From: Bigelowiella natans CCMP2755
Lineage: Eukaryota > Protista > Cercozoa
Direction: 5' to 3'
Length of the DNA stretch: 46,821 nucleotides
NCBI GenBank assembly: GCA_000320545.1
Contig: ADNK01000042.1
Location: 1-46,821, forward strand
Below, piece after piece: positions 13,692 to 25,653 of the stretch (its first letter is position 1; every line of letters begins with the position of its first letter). A model generated the notes under the pieces. The model was not told the DNA's origin. It searched no databases and was given only the letters and a program-made list of their open reading frames with translations. Both the position numbers and the translations under genes were made by a program.

Positions 13692-16167
13692 TACTACCGC
13701 TCAGTGCATCATATGGTCGCATACCTCTCTAAATGTCCCACGCTCTCTGCTACCTAAAACAGATACGAGGGATTGCTCTGCACTGTCTGCGAGGATGGCT
13801 ACGGTTGCTTTAGAAAGAAGATTTGATGGTTCTGAAGAGAAATTGAGGGTGAAGGAGCTTCAGGATGATGCCTTCGGAAAAACCGAAAGGATAAACCACA
13901 ACTCATTCTTCATAAATATAGGTCGATCTGGACGGTCTGAGTGCCCAAAATGCAAGGACAAAGCCCATAGTATAGCTGCATTCGTTGCTTTATGGGTCTT
14001 GGTCTTTGTAGCTGGGATAGGTATTTTATGATCAGGAAGCTCATTATCATCATGTTGTATCATAACTTATGCGACATCTCAAGAGCTGCCCATGTTCCGA
14101 ATCATCGCCGAAGATAATCGTCGATAATCGACGATTATCGTAAACACTGCTACTTGCATAAATGACACAAAACGATCAGACAATCAGGCACAGTATGCAC
14201 GCATGTACGTACGCACACATCCAACCCAATCTACCCTATCGAATCTTCAGGCTTGGCCTTTTTGAATCTTCTCTCCGCCAAAGACTCGGTGAAGGATCCG
14301 CACGCACTGTGCAACTTTTCAGTCGCGGTGATTCTGGTAAAGATTGCAATGAACACGGCGCAGTTCAATGCGATCGCTGCAACCTTTGATTATGACTGGC
14401 CTAAACCCGTGAAGGCTGTTCTCTCCGCTGAATCGGTCATTAATCACCAAGAGCATCAAACAGCACACAGCTCTGTGGCTGGCGCGTTGGTAGATGATAC
14501 ATAGTCTATCATCAATATGACTGTGTGTTCTCCTCGTCTCCAATTCCCTCCCCCCTCTTGGCTGTTTTCCCAACGACGACAGATCCTCGGAGCCCAGATG
14601 GTGGAGTACGTCTCGACGAGCTGCTTGCGAAACGGCTGGATCAGCTGGGTGTATATCGACACGATGTTTTGGGCGTCGATGCCCCCCGGTTTTCTCCTGC
14701 TCGCTTTTGTAACGGTGGTGCTCTTTGAGAGGCTCAGTGGCCACGCCATGGGTATAGTCAACTATCGAAGCAAGCATCGGCGCCATAGGAGGAAATCGCA
14801 AACACTGATGGCTGCAGGCAATAAGGAGACCAAATTTGAGGAGGCCAAATGGGCGCGGCAGCAGGCCCACCGTGATAGTGACAATCCCCTGAATCAGCAG
14901 AAACTTCGGGAGCGCGTGGGTACTCCTCTGTTCCGAGGGAAGAAAAGGGTGACTCCGAAGGGCAGTAGAACGCCTTCTCACAAGTACATCTCGCTCACCC
15001 CGCGGACTCGCGTGAAGACCTGGAGGTACGCGTGGTTCTGGGCGGCGTACATGTCGCTGTTTTTGTACGTCTACCCCGCGCTGGTGAGGCAAACCTTCAT
15101 TGTGTTCCAGTGTTACAGTGTTGGGTCGAGCAAGGACCTCTACCTGCAGATCCAAATGACAGAAAAGTGCTTCCATGGCGATCACTTAACATATGGCCTC
15201 GGTTATTTCAATCATCTGTTGATTTCTATCTGCCTTCCCCCTTATTTCCGTTCCATAATCTTTGCCTGCGTTTTGCTTTTTAACTTTGATGTGTCAGTCG
15301 TTTGTGTTTCATAACATCTCGACATATATCCTCATCTTCTCTCCTGTTTTTTGACCACTTTCTTCGAACGTTACGCGCATCATGAATGACCCCCAAAAAG
15401 GTATCGGCATTCCGATGATGATCATGTACGTCATCGGGTTTCCACTCGTGTCCCTGTGGCTACTCGTCCAAAACCGTGACAACATGTGGATCCGCTGGAA
15501 GAAAGAAAGCAATATCGATAAGACGCAAAAGGACGCACGGATGATCAAGAGTCTTCCGCTCTTCGTCTTGTTCTTCGGCTACAAGGAGAGCTACTTCTGG
15601 TACGAGATCCTCATACTGCTCAGGAAGGTCTCTATCTTAGTGGTGGCAAGCTTCCTCGTATCCCCGATCACCAAGGCAGCGATGAGCATTCTCCTCGTCG
15701 TAATCATGCTCATCCTGCAGGTCAAGTGCATGCCATGGAACAGTGACTTCTGCAACATTGCGGAGATTTTGGGGCTGACGACCTCCTTCATGACGTACTT
15801 TGTTGGCCAGTTCCTGTACTTCGACGCATACGAGAACTACCGTACGATGGTTTCGGCGACAATCGTGGCCGTCAACATTGCCTTCTTCCTCTGGATGGGC
15901 TGTAGCATTCTCTACAAGGTCACTCACGTGACGATCGAGAAACAGATCAACAGAATAAAAAACAGGTTCTCGATGGAGAAGATCACGGAGGAGGCGGGGG
16001 GTCTGGAAGAGACGAAAGCAGCAGCAAGGAAGGATGATGTGCCACAACTGCCTCCAGGACATGGTTGTGGATTTTGTCTTCCTCACCATAAAATGATTTC
16101 ACTGATAAAGCTGATAATGTTGGCAATAACTTATACGTAACAATGCAATATGCAATACGTGTGTGTC

Positions 16168-16212
<45 letters not shown>

Positions 16213-17021
16213 GAAAGAGAGAGAGAGAGTGAAGGGGGCGCGGGGCATGAATACATTGAATCACGTTGCTCTTGCTCAACCTGCTTTCAGGTAAGGAAGA
16301 TCTTGTGATAGAGATGGCAGCTGCCGCGGCAAAAAGCTGTTATGTTCCACCTAGAATTGAGACTGTCACCTCAGTTGCCTCAGTTGCAGAGGAAAGCGAT
16401 GCCAAGGACACTGAATGCGAAGGATCACATCCCTCCAGTGCGACATCAATGGTGCAAGATTTAAAGAACGTCTCGTTTTCGAACGTCCCTCTGTGGAAAA
16501 GTAAAAAAAAATATGCAATGCGAAACATCATACCATGGAATGTGAGCAGCAATGTGCCTGACATTCTCATGTCCGATCACACATCCGCCTTTGTTCGTGC
16601 CTCATTTATCATGAGGATGATCTTCGCAATATTCTCACAATCTGAGAGATGATGTCAATGACGATGATGGTAGGGTCTTCTCAACAAACGCTGCAAGCTC
16701 TAGAGATCCATGCGAGTTACAGCAGAAAGAAGAACATGACAGACGAGCTCGTAATGAACGACGGAAATGGTTGTGAGAATGACCAGGCCAAAAGAGACAG
16801 ACGTGCAGTGAGAAAGGCGCAAAAAAAAGCAATTAACGAAAGGGTAGCTGCATTACGTATTGAGGCAGCGGGAATTTCCCAGAATAAGGTGCAGTCGCTG
16901 GAGTAAAGAATAATTGATAACATAGGCCACACATGCTGATGTTGCAACACACACACACACACACACATATATGCACTCACACAACACGCACATGTACATG
17001 CATACAAATTGTACATGCGTA

Positions 17022-17060
<39 letters not shown>

Positions 17061-17233
17061 GCTGCTTCAAAACTCATGTTGTTCCATCGCCAAAAAATCA
17101 TTTTCTGCAGAATCCGAAGACGGCAACTGACCTCACCCTGACTCGAGTCATGGGACTACAGCAAGAACGACCGAAATTGAGGATGCATGTAGCAATGAAG
17201 CACTTCCAGATGAACTACGAAGACCTTGGATAG
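8340..17233 (+). CDS. Large multi-exon receptor-like membrane protein: S/P/T linker, beta-propeller repeats, S/P/T linker, Cys-rich (GCC2/GCC3- or ephrin-receptor-like) repeats, C-terminal multi-pass TM domain
   Basis: PT/SPT linkers at 9050-9270 and 11000-11100. Repeated 'IYCVP / YCAP..A.QVLKINT / MFCVP / LYALP..VKIDT / IFCSP..ILEIDP' blades at 9517-10920. Cys-rich CGDCPAGKFQ, CSLCPAG, CVCDTGYFY and CVQCPANGVC. The TM block has KI....Q....DWP, YP.L....F..FQC, YL......C....H and GYK....WYE...LRK motifs typical of protist 7TM/TRP-C-like proteins. Start and final exon are uncertain. Confidence 0.75.
10565..10604. repeat. Intronic (CT)n microsatellite
   Basis: Directly visible. Confidence 0.9.
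11949..12016. repeat. Intronic compound (CA)n(TA)n microsatellite
   Basis: Directly visible. Confidence 0.9.
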
Positions 17234-17353
17234 CTCCATGTTTGGTGTGACATTGATACAAAGTTTACATTATGTGTCACCTCATCATTAAGAAACTTAG
17301 TTGTTTCGCCTAGTTGTGAATTGATTTGCACAACCAACAAGACATTTATAGCT

Positions 17354-17910
17354 TTACGAATGTACCGTGCTGCCTCCCCCCCCCCAGGCGCCACCTGTTG
17401 CTGCTGCACCTAAAGCACAACATGCTCTATTTATTACTTGGTCAAAAAGAGCAGTAATAGTAATATTTACACCTGTCATCGCAGCCGTAACTGCCTTTAA
17501 AACCCCCGCACAAATAGCAGGTAATACAGTTCTTTGAATAGAAGTTATTGTAGAATTTAGTTTTCTATCTGATGATTCAACAAGACACTCATCTCTAATA
17601 AATTGTTTCTCTTTATTTTTAACATTACCACCTGGAAATTCACTGTGAGTAACAATGTTTGAAAAATCAGGATTGCAATTTGAACCTGCTGTCCACCAAT
17701 TAGTTTTTGATTGACACATTTGCAATTTGCTTTCAGAAGTTCCCAATGTCCTCTGCATCATCAAAGGTATCTCTTCTTGGACCACTTGCAGAATCAAATG
17801 GATTCTTACCAGAACCTTTCAAACCTGAACTTGATGATTTAGAAAACGCGTCATCTGCTGCTGAAAACATCTCTTGTAGTCCCTGCAATGATCCTTCCAT
17901 TGTTGGTCTT
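17354..17910 (-). pseudogene. AT-rich, intronless, disrupted ORF relic of unknown, possibly viral or mobile, origin
   Basis: Minus-strand frames MEGSLQGLQEMFSAADDAFSKSSSSGLKGSGKNPFDSASGPRRDTFDDAEDIGNF* and ...NWWTAGSNCNPDFSNIVTHSEFPGGNVKNKEKQFIRDECL... use mostly A/T-ending codons, unlike the flanking host exons. The two frames are separated by a stop/frameshift. No family recognised. Confidence 0.4.
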
Positions 17911-18680
17911 GTGTGATGTCGCTAGCAACAGCGAAGGCGTCATGGTCAAGTCTGCAATTGTGGCTGTGCAGCAGCGACTTTTGCATGCCAGGAGACTTTG
18001 TATGCTGCTTTGATGTGCTACGTGCATGCTAGCCCAACTAGCCAACACGGAAGTCAACCCACCTTGCTAGCTTGTGTTTGCCAAACATCCACAGCATCGA
18101 TCGTGTGCCATTGAATGCCAATGTGTGGCGATGCACATGCCACATTGGCGCGCTGCATTTAGCTTTGCATCACATAGCTAGATAGAGCTCATTGACATGA
18201 AGACAGCGTCGATCATGCACATCCAATGGATCTAGAGATGTGCACGTGCGTGGCGCTGTGGCTAGTTGGTAGACGACATGTTGCTCATCACACGCGCACG
18301 CTTTGCAACACTAGAACATCCAAACAGTGCATGCTGTGTCGCGCCACTGTCTGTGCAGCTCTGGAGCTGTGCTAGTGTGATGAGACGGCACCTGCTACAC
18401 CAGCACAGATCGACGACAGATCCACATATGACACTTCATGTTGGCTTGTGTAGCAGAGCGCTACTAGCGCTAGCCATGGCTAGAGAGCCACATGCATGCT
18501 AGCATGCTTGTTGTCAGAGGCATCTAGCTAGCTAGCATGCGCAGGCCTAGAGCTAGTAGAGGTGCAGCTAGCTAGCTAGGTGCGTCGTAGGCTAGCAGGC
18601 TAGCTAGCTAGCTAGCTGCATGCGCAACGAGCGCGTGTAATCACAATAACTATAGACCACTTATAGCTAGCTAGACCGTG
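17881..18680. repeat. TpA-depleted, CTAG/CATG/TGCA-rich intergenic tract
   Basis: Most TA are in CTAG, with tandem gctagctagcta at 18520-18680. It resembles 985-1490. Confidence 0.8.
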
Positions 18681-19261
18681 CAAATAAGTCGAAGCGTGCG
18701 CAATTTGACATCGCATTCAAGCGCATTGGCGGTGCTAACAAGTCGATGTCTGACGCATGACGTCCGTACGAGATGTGCAGACTCTCGTGCCATACTAGCA
18801 TAGCACGTGAGAGCACGAAATACTGTTTCAACACCATGCCTTGCGAAATGAATGTCTAGCGGTGTCGTCATTGGTATTAGGCAATATGCAACTAAAGATT
18901 ATCGAGAAGTCGATGCACTCGTCGGGATTCAATACATCTTTAAGGCAACTGGTCACACAAACGAATGCATATGGTTGTTACGCAAGTCACAAGGGATCGG
19001 ATCAAATACTGCAAGTGCTGTGTTGATAACAGTACATGTTACTTTCAAATCTAGATAATACATACGCAGATGTATCGACAAAATTTCGATGTCGCAAATA
19101 AGTTTTAAGGTGCAATCGCGTTAAATTTGTAGTAAATAAATACTAAATACTGAGAAAATCTCAGCAACGGAAGGTTATTTTGTAGTAATGAGTTTATTGA
19201 ACTAGAAATCGCCAACCAGGTAAAATTTCGACGAAGTGCTGTACATTTGAGCCCTCCTTTG

Positions 19262-20822
19262 CTAAGACGTAGCGCGTGACCTCTTTTTTATTCCTGCCCT
19301 GTTCGAGCCTCCCGGCACTAGTGCAGCCATTTCTGCCGTGAGATTCATGAATCTTCGAAATGGCTGCATTTTTAACACCCCAGGTACGAGAATTAATTCA
19401 TTGATGAATATATGTAATTGAGCTTGTCTCTTCGCAGGGTCTATTCTGAACCACGATTTAGGAGGAAGCTGCGGGACTTTAACACCGAGATTAGTAAGAT
19501 CATTCGCTAGCTGAAAATTGAAGATTGTGAGACGCAGAAAGTTACGAAACATGAAAGTATTCCCACCTTCTCAAATGCGGAGTATCGCCGAAGAAGAGAC
19601 CATTTTAATGTCATTCGGCGACCATCAAGTTGATTCAGTGTGGTACAGAACTCCACCATGATGCGATGCATGACGACACCGGCCTTTGAAACTGCCCACC
19701 CGAGCTGTGAAAGGTTAATATTTTATGTTGTGCATATTAAGGCAAGCAAATGAATGAAGGAACCTTCGGATTATCGGGCATCCTCACAGAAATAGGAGCA
19801 CGCTTGTTCAAATCCAGCGTTCGTCTTACTTTTTTATCTTGTTGTGGTGTTCGTGATGTCCTCTTCTGGGGGGCCGACTCGTACATATCTTTGAAGTGCT
19901 CGTTTGCTTCAGCTTCATCCACAACAGATGACAAATGTTTGTTTTCAGCTTCTAGCATTTTTATTAAAGTATCCTTCTCGTAGATGGCCTTCTCTGCTTT
20001 GGATAGTTTTGCTTCGAGTTCAGCAATCTTCTCTTGATGCAGCACCAGCTAAACAAACAGTGGGTTAGCAAAAACTATCGGATGCAATATTTCAAATTCA
20101 CTACCTGGTGTCTAATTGCTTCCATCATAGGTTCCTTACATTTCGGAGATGGAGAAGGAGATGGGTTGCATGAAGAAGTAGCTTCCTCACCTGCACAAAA
20201 CCAATAATTTGATCATGAAAAAACTCCGTTGCTGAAAGGTCATCATTAGAGAATGACTCCATGAAGAAAGTGTTGTTTGCTCACGTTGTTCTAGCGCCAT
20301 ACGTCCCAGGATTTCGGATATATCCTCGAAGTGGGTAGCCTTTCGGAGAGGATGAGAATCTGTCTCCATTCCCCAGTGGGTGTGAGCCAGAACGGCAGAC
20401 ATTGAATGAAAGGCAGGGGTCGACTATTGCCTTCGTCGCTGTCCTTTAAGGTACTCTTTCGTAACTGGAAGTCAGATCTAGTCTGAAAGGGTCATAATAT
20501 GGTTTTTTTGTCATGCGGCAACATTTTACAATATTTTTTTGTATGAAATCCACAGTGTTTTTATTTTTTAGGAAAGTGGAAAGCATGAAAAATGCTGTCT
20601 GATGGATTACACTAGCTTCTTATCTGGCGACGTGTTCTCTTATGTCGCAGGAATTAAACAGAGAACATTTCTTACCTTGAGAATTTTGGCCAGATGTACC
20701 TTGGCTAGAAAACTCTGTGTTTCACATAAACGTCAAGCATGTAAACATCATTTTGAATAAAATGGAGGTTCCGAAAATTCTAAGGCTGGTTTCCTTGAAT
20801 CGTTAGTGGAGCATGATACCAT
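19262..20822 (-). CDS. Coiled-coil + C-terminal PX (Phox homology) domain protein
   Basis: Exons give LHQEKIAELEAKLSKAEKAIYEKDTLIKMLEAENK (coiled coil), then WSLLRRYSAFEK|LANDLTNLGVKVPQLPPKSWFRIDPAKRQAQLHIFINELI....MQPFRRFM. These are the canonical PX RRYS.F, P.LPPK and R...L..F motifs. Exons above about 20400 are uncertain. Confidence 0.8.
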
Positions 20823-20931
20823 TCCCTACCCCCTCTGCTCTTGCCTTAAGTGTGAAAATTAGACTAGGAGAAGAAGAAAAAGAACATTAGAAATTTGCAT
20901 TTTGTTGGATCTGCATAGATATCCATGGATA

Positions 20932-22355
20932 TCTTCACTCTTCTCCCCGCATTTCGCTCCTTCTTGTTTCAATGTTGTCAGAAAATGCCGGGATTGAAAC
21001 TGGATCACGGGGATTGCTGCAAAGAAAATGCCGTTCTGCAGGGTTTTGCTTCACCTCATCGATTGTTCATTGTTGATGTTTCAAACGAGTCTGGTCATCC
21101 GGAGCCAAGCATTGCCGCCCGAGACTCGCACGCGTGGCTAGGGGATGGAATCATTGTTCCAAAAAATCATCATGAGACAGTTCTTCATCACGTTTGTTTG
21201 TTTGTTTGTTGTGTTTCGAACCTCAGTTTTTCTTGTCCACGCTTTGTGGTGTGCACACGGTGGCAGGGATTCACACGCACGCGACTGGCGTGCTCGTTGC
21301 CACAAACACAAACAACCGATTCAGCGATCCTGGGTGCGACCGGCATGCTAGCTTGGTTGGCGTGCACGCCGGCTTGGTTTTCATTGCTGCGTTTTTCTGC
21401 GTCTGATGGTGCATCGTCTGAACTTTGTCCCAATGGCTGAATTGCTTTGTCCCATGTCCAGACCACGCACGTTGTTTGCTGACTTGGCTGGTGCGTGTTG
21501 TGTGTGTTTCGTGCACCGACCTGGCCAACCACGCACGCGCACAGTGCGCGCTAGCACGTCGCGACGCACACACATTGTTGCACTGCAGTTCAGATGCAGA
21601 GCGATCGTGTCTCGAACCCGCGCAGCGGTTGAAGACCAGAAGAGACAAAGTGAGTGACACACAACACACACCCATGACACATGACACCGCTTGCTTTTGT
21701 GCGTCCAAGTGAGCAATTGTTCAACAATCGATCGCCAGCCAATCTAGCAATGCACGCAGGGGCACGCAAACTGAAGTTTGCAAAGATGCGCTGAGGTGGG
21801 CGCAGAGCTCTGCACGCGCGCATGCCCGCACATGGAATCTTTGTGTCCACACGAGGACATGCACAAAGACTGTGTGTCCATGTGGGCACGCCCAATGAAA
21901 GAGCCTCCCTAGCTCCTCAGCTCCGCGATTTGGCATTGCGGTGGAGAGGCATCCATCTGCAATCGTGCAGTGCCCCAGTGTCGCTCCTGACGGCAAAGAT
22001 TGACGTTGCAAACTTGCTGGTGTTCTCGCTCAGCGCTAGCAGGCCGTTCATCGATCATGTCGTTTGTGCACACCAGCAGCTGAGTGGACAAAAACAAAAA
22101 AACGCAGCATCCAGGTGTCACAGACATGCAACATGACACGTTGTGCTAGTGTGTTCTGCACACATTGTGTTGCTTTGTCCGTCGATCACAGGTTGCTGTG
22201 CGATCATTCTGATGCGTGAACATTCAGCTTGCTAGATGCTTGCAAAATGGATTCATTGTGTTTTCTTTTGTTCCGGTGCAACACACACAGCGCTGATCAA
22301 GACAGGAACAACGACAGCATTTCATGTTTTCACAAACATGTCATCAGGTTGCGGC
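20932..22355. other. 1.4-kb tract with no TpA outside CTAG (hypermutated relic DNA)
   Basis: Line-by-line hand count found 8 TA dinucleotides, all within CTAG. CpG is common. Confidence 0.9.
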
Positions 22356-25300
22356 TACTAGGCGCCGCAATCTCCTTATTCTGTTGTTGTCAGCATCTGC
22401 GACATAAATTGCACCATCAGGAGACCGACAAATCCCGCTTGGGTGCCAAAATCTGATAGGAAATAGATCAATGCACAGATTAGGAACCAAGCAACAACTT
22501 CATTAAACCTGGCTGACACTCCCCGTCCTTGCGTTAGCCCCCATGAAGTAGGTTCCCCAGCCACATCGTAAATCCTGGCTTGACCCAATGGCATCATCTC
22601 TTCTCTTGTCTCCGGATCCATTTTCTAGACATTTTTTCACGAATACATCAGCATCATCATCATCATCATTCATCATCATTCATCATTCGTTATACAGTAC
22701 AACAGCATGACGAGAGTGCGGCCGATAAGCTGCGGGAAGGAAAGCAGCACAGCAGCCCTCACCTGATGCAAGGTTGCAGTGGTCGCCTCGGGCCGGTACT
22801 CATTAGTTCCGTTACTGGTTCCGACGACATACCAAGGAACCTTTCGTTTTCGAGCTGGCAGAACACGCCGGATGGAATGGAGCGAGCTCACGAATACGGA
22901 CCTGGATTAGCATTGCAAGAGTAGATCCGCAAATGAACAGATAGGCCAAAGCGGGGGGGCATCATCAATAGATTCAAGTTTGTAATAATGAAATACCCGA
23001 CAGCGTCATTTGCAGAAGCTAAACCCGCAGGCCACAACAGTTTCTGCTGTAGACTGTACCTGAGAAACCCATCCTAAATGATGATAATGACGTGTACATC
23101 TCGTGTACATGGTACACAATTGCAATTACGGGAGTGTGGACGCCACGCCATTGGGCGATATCTTTTTTATCAAATGTCCGTAGAGTGGGAACATCAGCTC
23201 GTGCTCAGGCTCGCTCGTTACATAAATATTATCCTGATAATGATTGGGAAATGAATATATCCGAATTGACGTGATCACTTTCATGGGCAAACGATGTGTT
23301 GTTTTTGCCCGTTGTTGGGGTATTAGTTACTTTCGTATCCATCGTGATAGCGTTCGGGTTTCTAAGCATGTTTTCGCCTGGGAAAAAGCAACGTCCATTT
23401 AAAGATGCAAAATCTCTGAAGAAATCTAAACGAAGTAGGAATTCTCCAAATAGATTGAAGCTTCCTTTGTCAAAAAAATCTAATATTATCATATTTACAT
23501 GTAAGTACCTAGAGGTCCATCGGCAGCACCTGCGATGTGGTTGCCTGCGATGAGCGTTATCTACATTTTCCGTAACACGCAAAATAAAAATGCCACATAA
23601 ATATCACTTTCAAGTTCTTAGCAGCTCACAATTTCTTCAACAAACGCAGATACAGCGAAAGTTCCGGCATCATCGTGCTAGCATTTCTGATATTTTCCAT
23701 TCGTCTCTCTAGCTTACCAGGCCATCAGGACGTAAACACTTGACGGTGTGAGAGATCTGCATCATCCACAAGAATGATAATTACGAAGTGCTTACCACAG
23801 ATGGTCACACTCCTTCACATGAATGGACATTGAAGCACATAATGGGCGACAACCTTGTCTACGAAGATGAGATTGTTGTTCCGGTCACAGTAAATTCCCT
23901 TAAATATAATACACGCAGGATTTATTTTGAATGTATAGTTTTTCATTTTAGCATCAAATATCTAAGACCGCAGGAGAAATCTTGTCCTTTTCGAATACGG
24001 GTTTCGTGCCGCGGTAGCTATTTGCCCCGACCACGGTGGTTACGATCCTGAGTAGCAATGTTGTAGACAATTGTGCGGCAGCAGCAGCAGAATATTAATA
24101 TCGTAAATTCTTAAAATGGAAAAATTCCATGAGCGAAAACACACACCCTTCGGAGATCTTCCTAATAACTTCATTTCCACGATCCGTCACGTAGACATTG
24201 CCATTTCTATCCGCTGCTATATGTGTGGGGCGGTCGAACAGTGCCACTGAGCACGGCCCGTCTCGATAGCTACATAAATCGTGATGGCACCATACAGCTT
24301 AATTTTAGCTGCGCCATTTTAGGTCCTCAAAGGGTTCAAAGTATCAGTTATTGGCAATCAATATGGGTACCCAAACTCAGCTTTGGTGCTCCCTGCTAAT
24401 GTCGTCACCTGCACGGGAAGAGATTATTCTATTACAAGGTTTTCGTGAGGATCAATTGAATATGAACGTACCACGCCATTCGAGGTCAAATGTCTTACTC
24501 TGTTTCCTAGCACCTCAGCGATTACCACCCCCCCCCTTTCTACTGGCACAATGGCCACGTCAGATGGGCTTCGAAACCGTGCACGCTGTTTTAAAGAGAA
24601 ATTTCAATGATTTTTTTGTGTGACATGCTTTTGAATGCGGAGTGGTACGTTTGCTGGGCCATCACAATCTCCATTGCCATAGCCTGCAAAATCTCCGGCA
24701 CCGCATATCGTGTCCACGACCCATCCTCTAACACAGAAATGTGTCAGGAAACGCAAGAACAGCCGCAAATGTGTGTGTCTGCCGGGTTGAATACCGTACT
24801 TTTGGTACTTAGCTTTCTCAGGATGCTTTTGTCCCTCTTTGATCTCTTTGCGGAGATACTTCTGGTATGTTGAGGGTTGATGAATTCACTACGCGGTGCA
24901 GGCAGGAAAAAGACGTATTGAAATCTTACAAAGAACAGCTTCTTTCCTGGCACGCCATCGTCGGTTTCCACACTGACCTGTGCATGAGGAGACGAGCCAG
25001 AACAAAATAATTCAAAATTTGGAAAATATATATCGTATTGTATGATCTAAACCCCACTTGCCATCAAAGTTGAACATGTATATCATCGAGTGCAACCTCT
25101 TCCACGTCTGTTTCGCCGCAATATGGAGGACCGTATGGGCGGTCGCGCCCAGCTTGCTCTAGCTCCTCAACACCAGCGCTCTTGAAAATTAATCAAACAT
25201 CATGGCGACGAGATTAAGAGAGACTGATTTCCGTGTGAATAAATTCGTAAACCACCACAAGAAAGGCAAATCACATGGGAAAAACGCACCTCTGGAAGCC

Positions 25301-25653
25301 CATACTGCTCTCGAATTGTAGGCTCCCCTTGAGCAGTTACACCCCTGGGCACAAATGCCTTGAAGCCAGCATCATTGTCTAGCTCTTCGGGGAAATCATC
25401 AAAACGTAGATCCGAGACATCGCCATCATCTGCCCGAGGACAACGTTATCATCAAGACGAACCGCCGCCTCGATTCGAACGAGTACGAGAACAAACCTTC
25501 TGCTTTGCTATGGCATCCAGCTTCATTCGATGTTGGTCCTATGGAGATTCGCTCTGGGGAGGGGTCGATCAGGTGAAATAGGCCTATGGTCGCATACACA
25601 AGAGCTGCAGCCACGAGTATACGTCGTCGTGCTTTCGCAGTGGGCATCATCGG
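22344..25653 (-). CDS. NHL-repeat (beta-propeller) protein with an N-terminal hydrophobic leader
   Basis: Spliced peptides include VDTICGAGDFAGYGNGDCDGPAN, ARFRSPSDVAI, VTTLAGS, YRDGPCSVALFDRPTHIAADRNGNVYVTDRGNEVIRKIS, ITLIAGNHIAGAADGP, LRNPNAITMD and VSARFWHPSGICRSPDGAIYVADADNNRIRRL..* (stop at 22344). The N-terminus reads MMPTAKARRRILVAAALVYATIGLF. Start is approximate. Confidence 0.85.

Noticed and set aside
17354-17910. Organelle-derived insertion (plastid or mitochondrial gene)
   Set aside because: AT-rich, but none of the translations match an organellar protein I recognise.
20925-22139. Cluster of overlapping ORFs on both strands in the ORF track
   Set aside because: Artefact of TpA loss, which removes TAA and most TAG stops. 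The peptides are Tyr-free, Cys/His-rich and have no recognisable motif.
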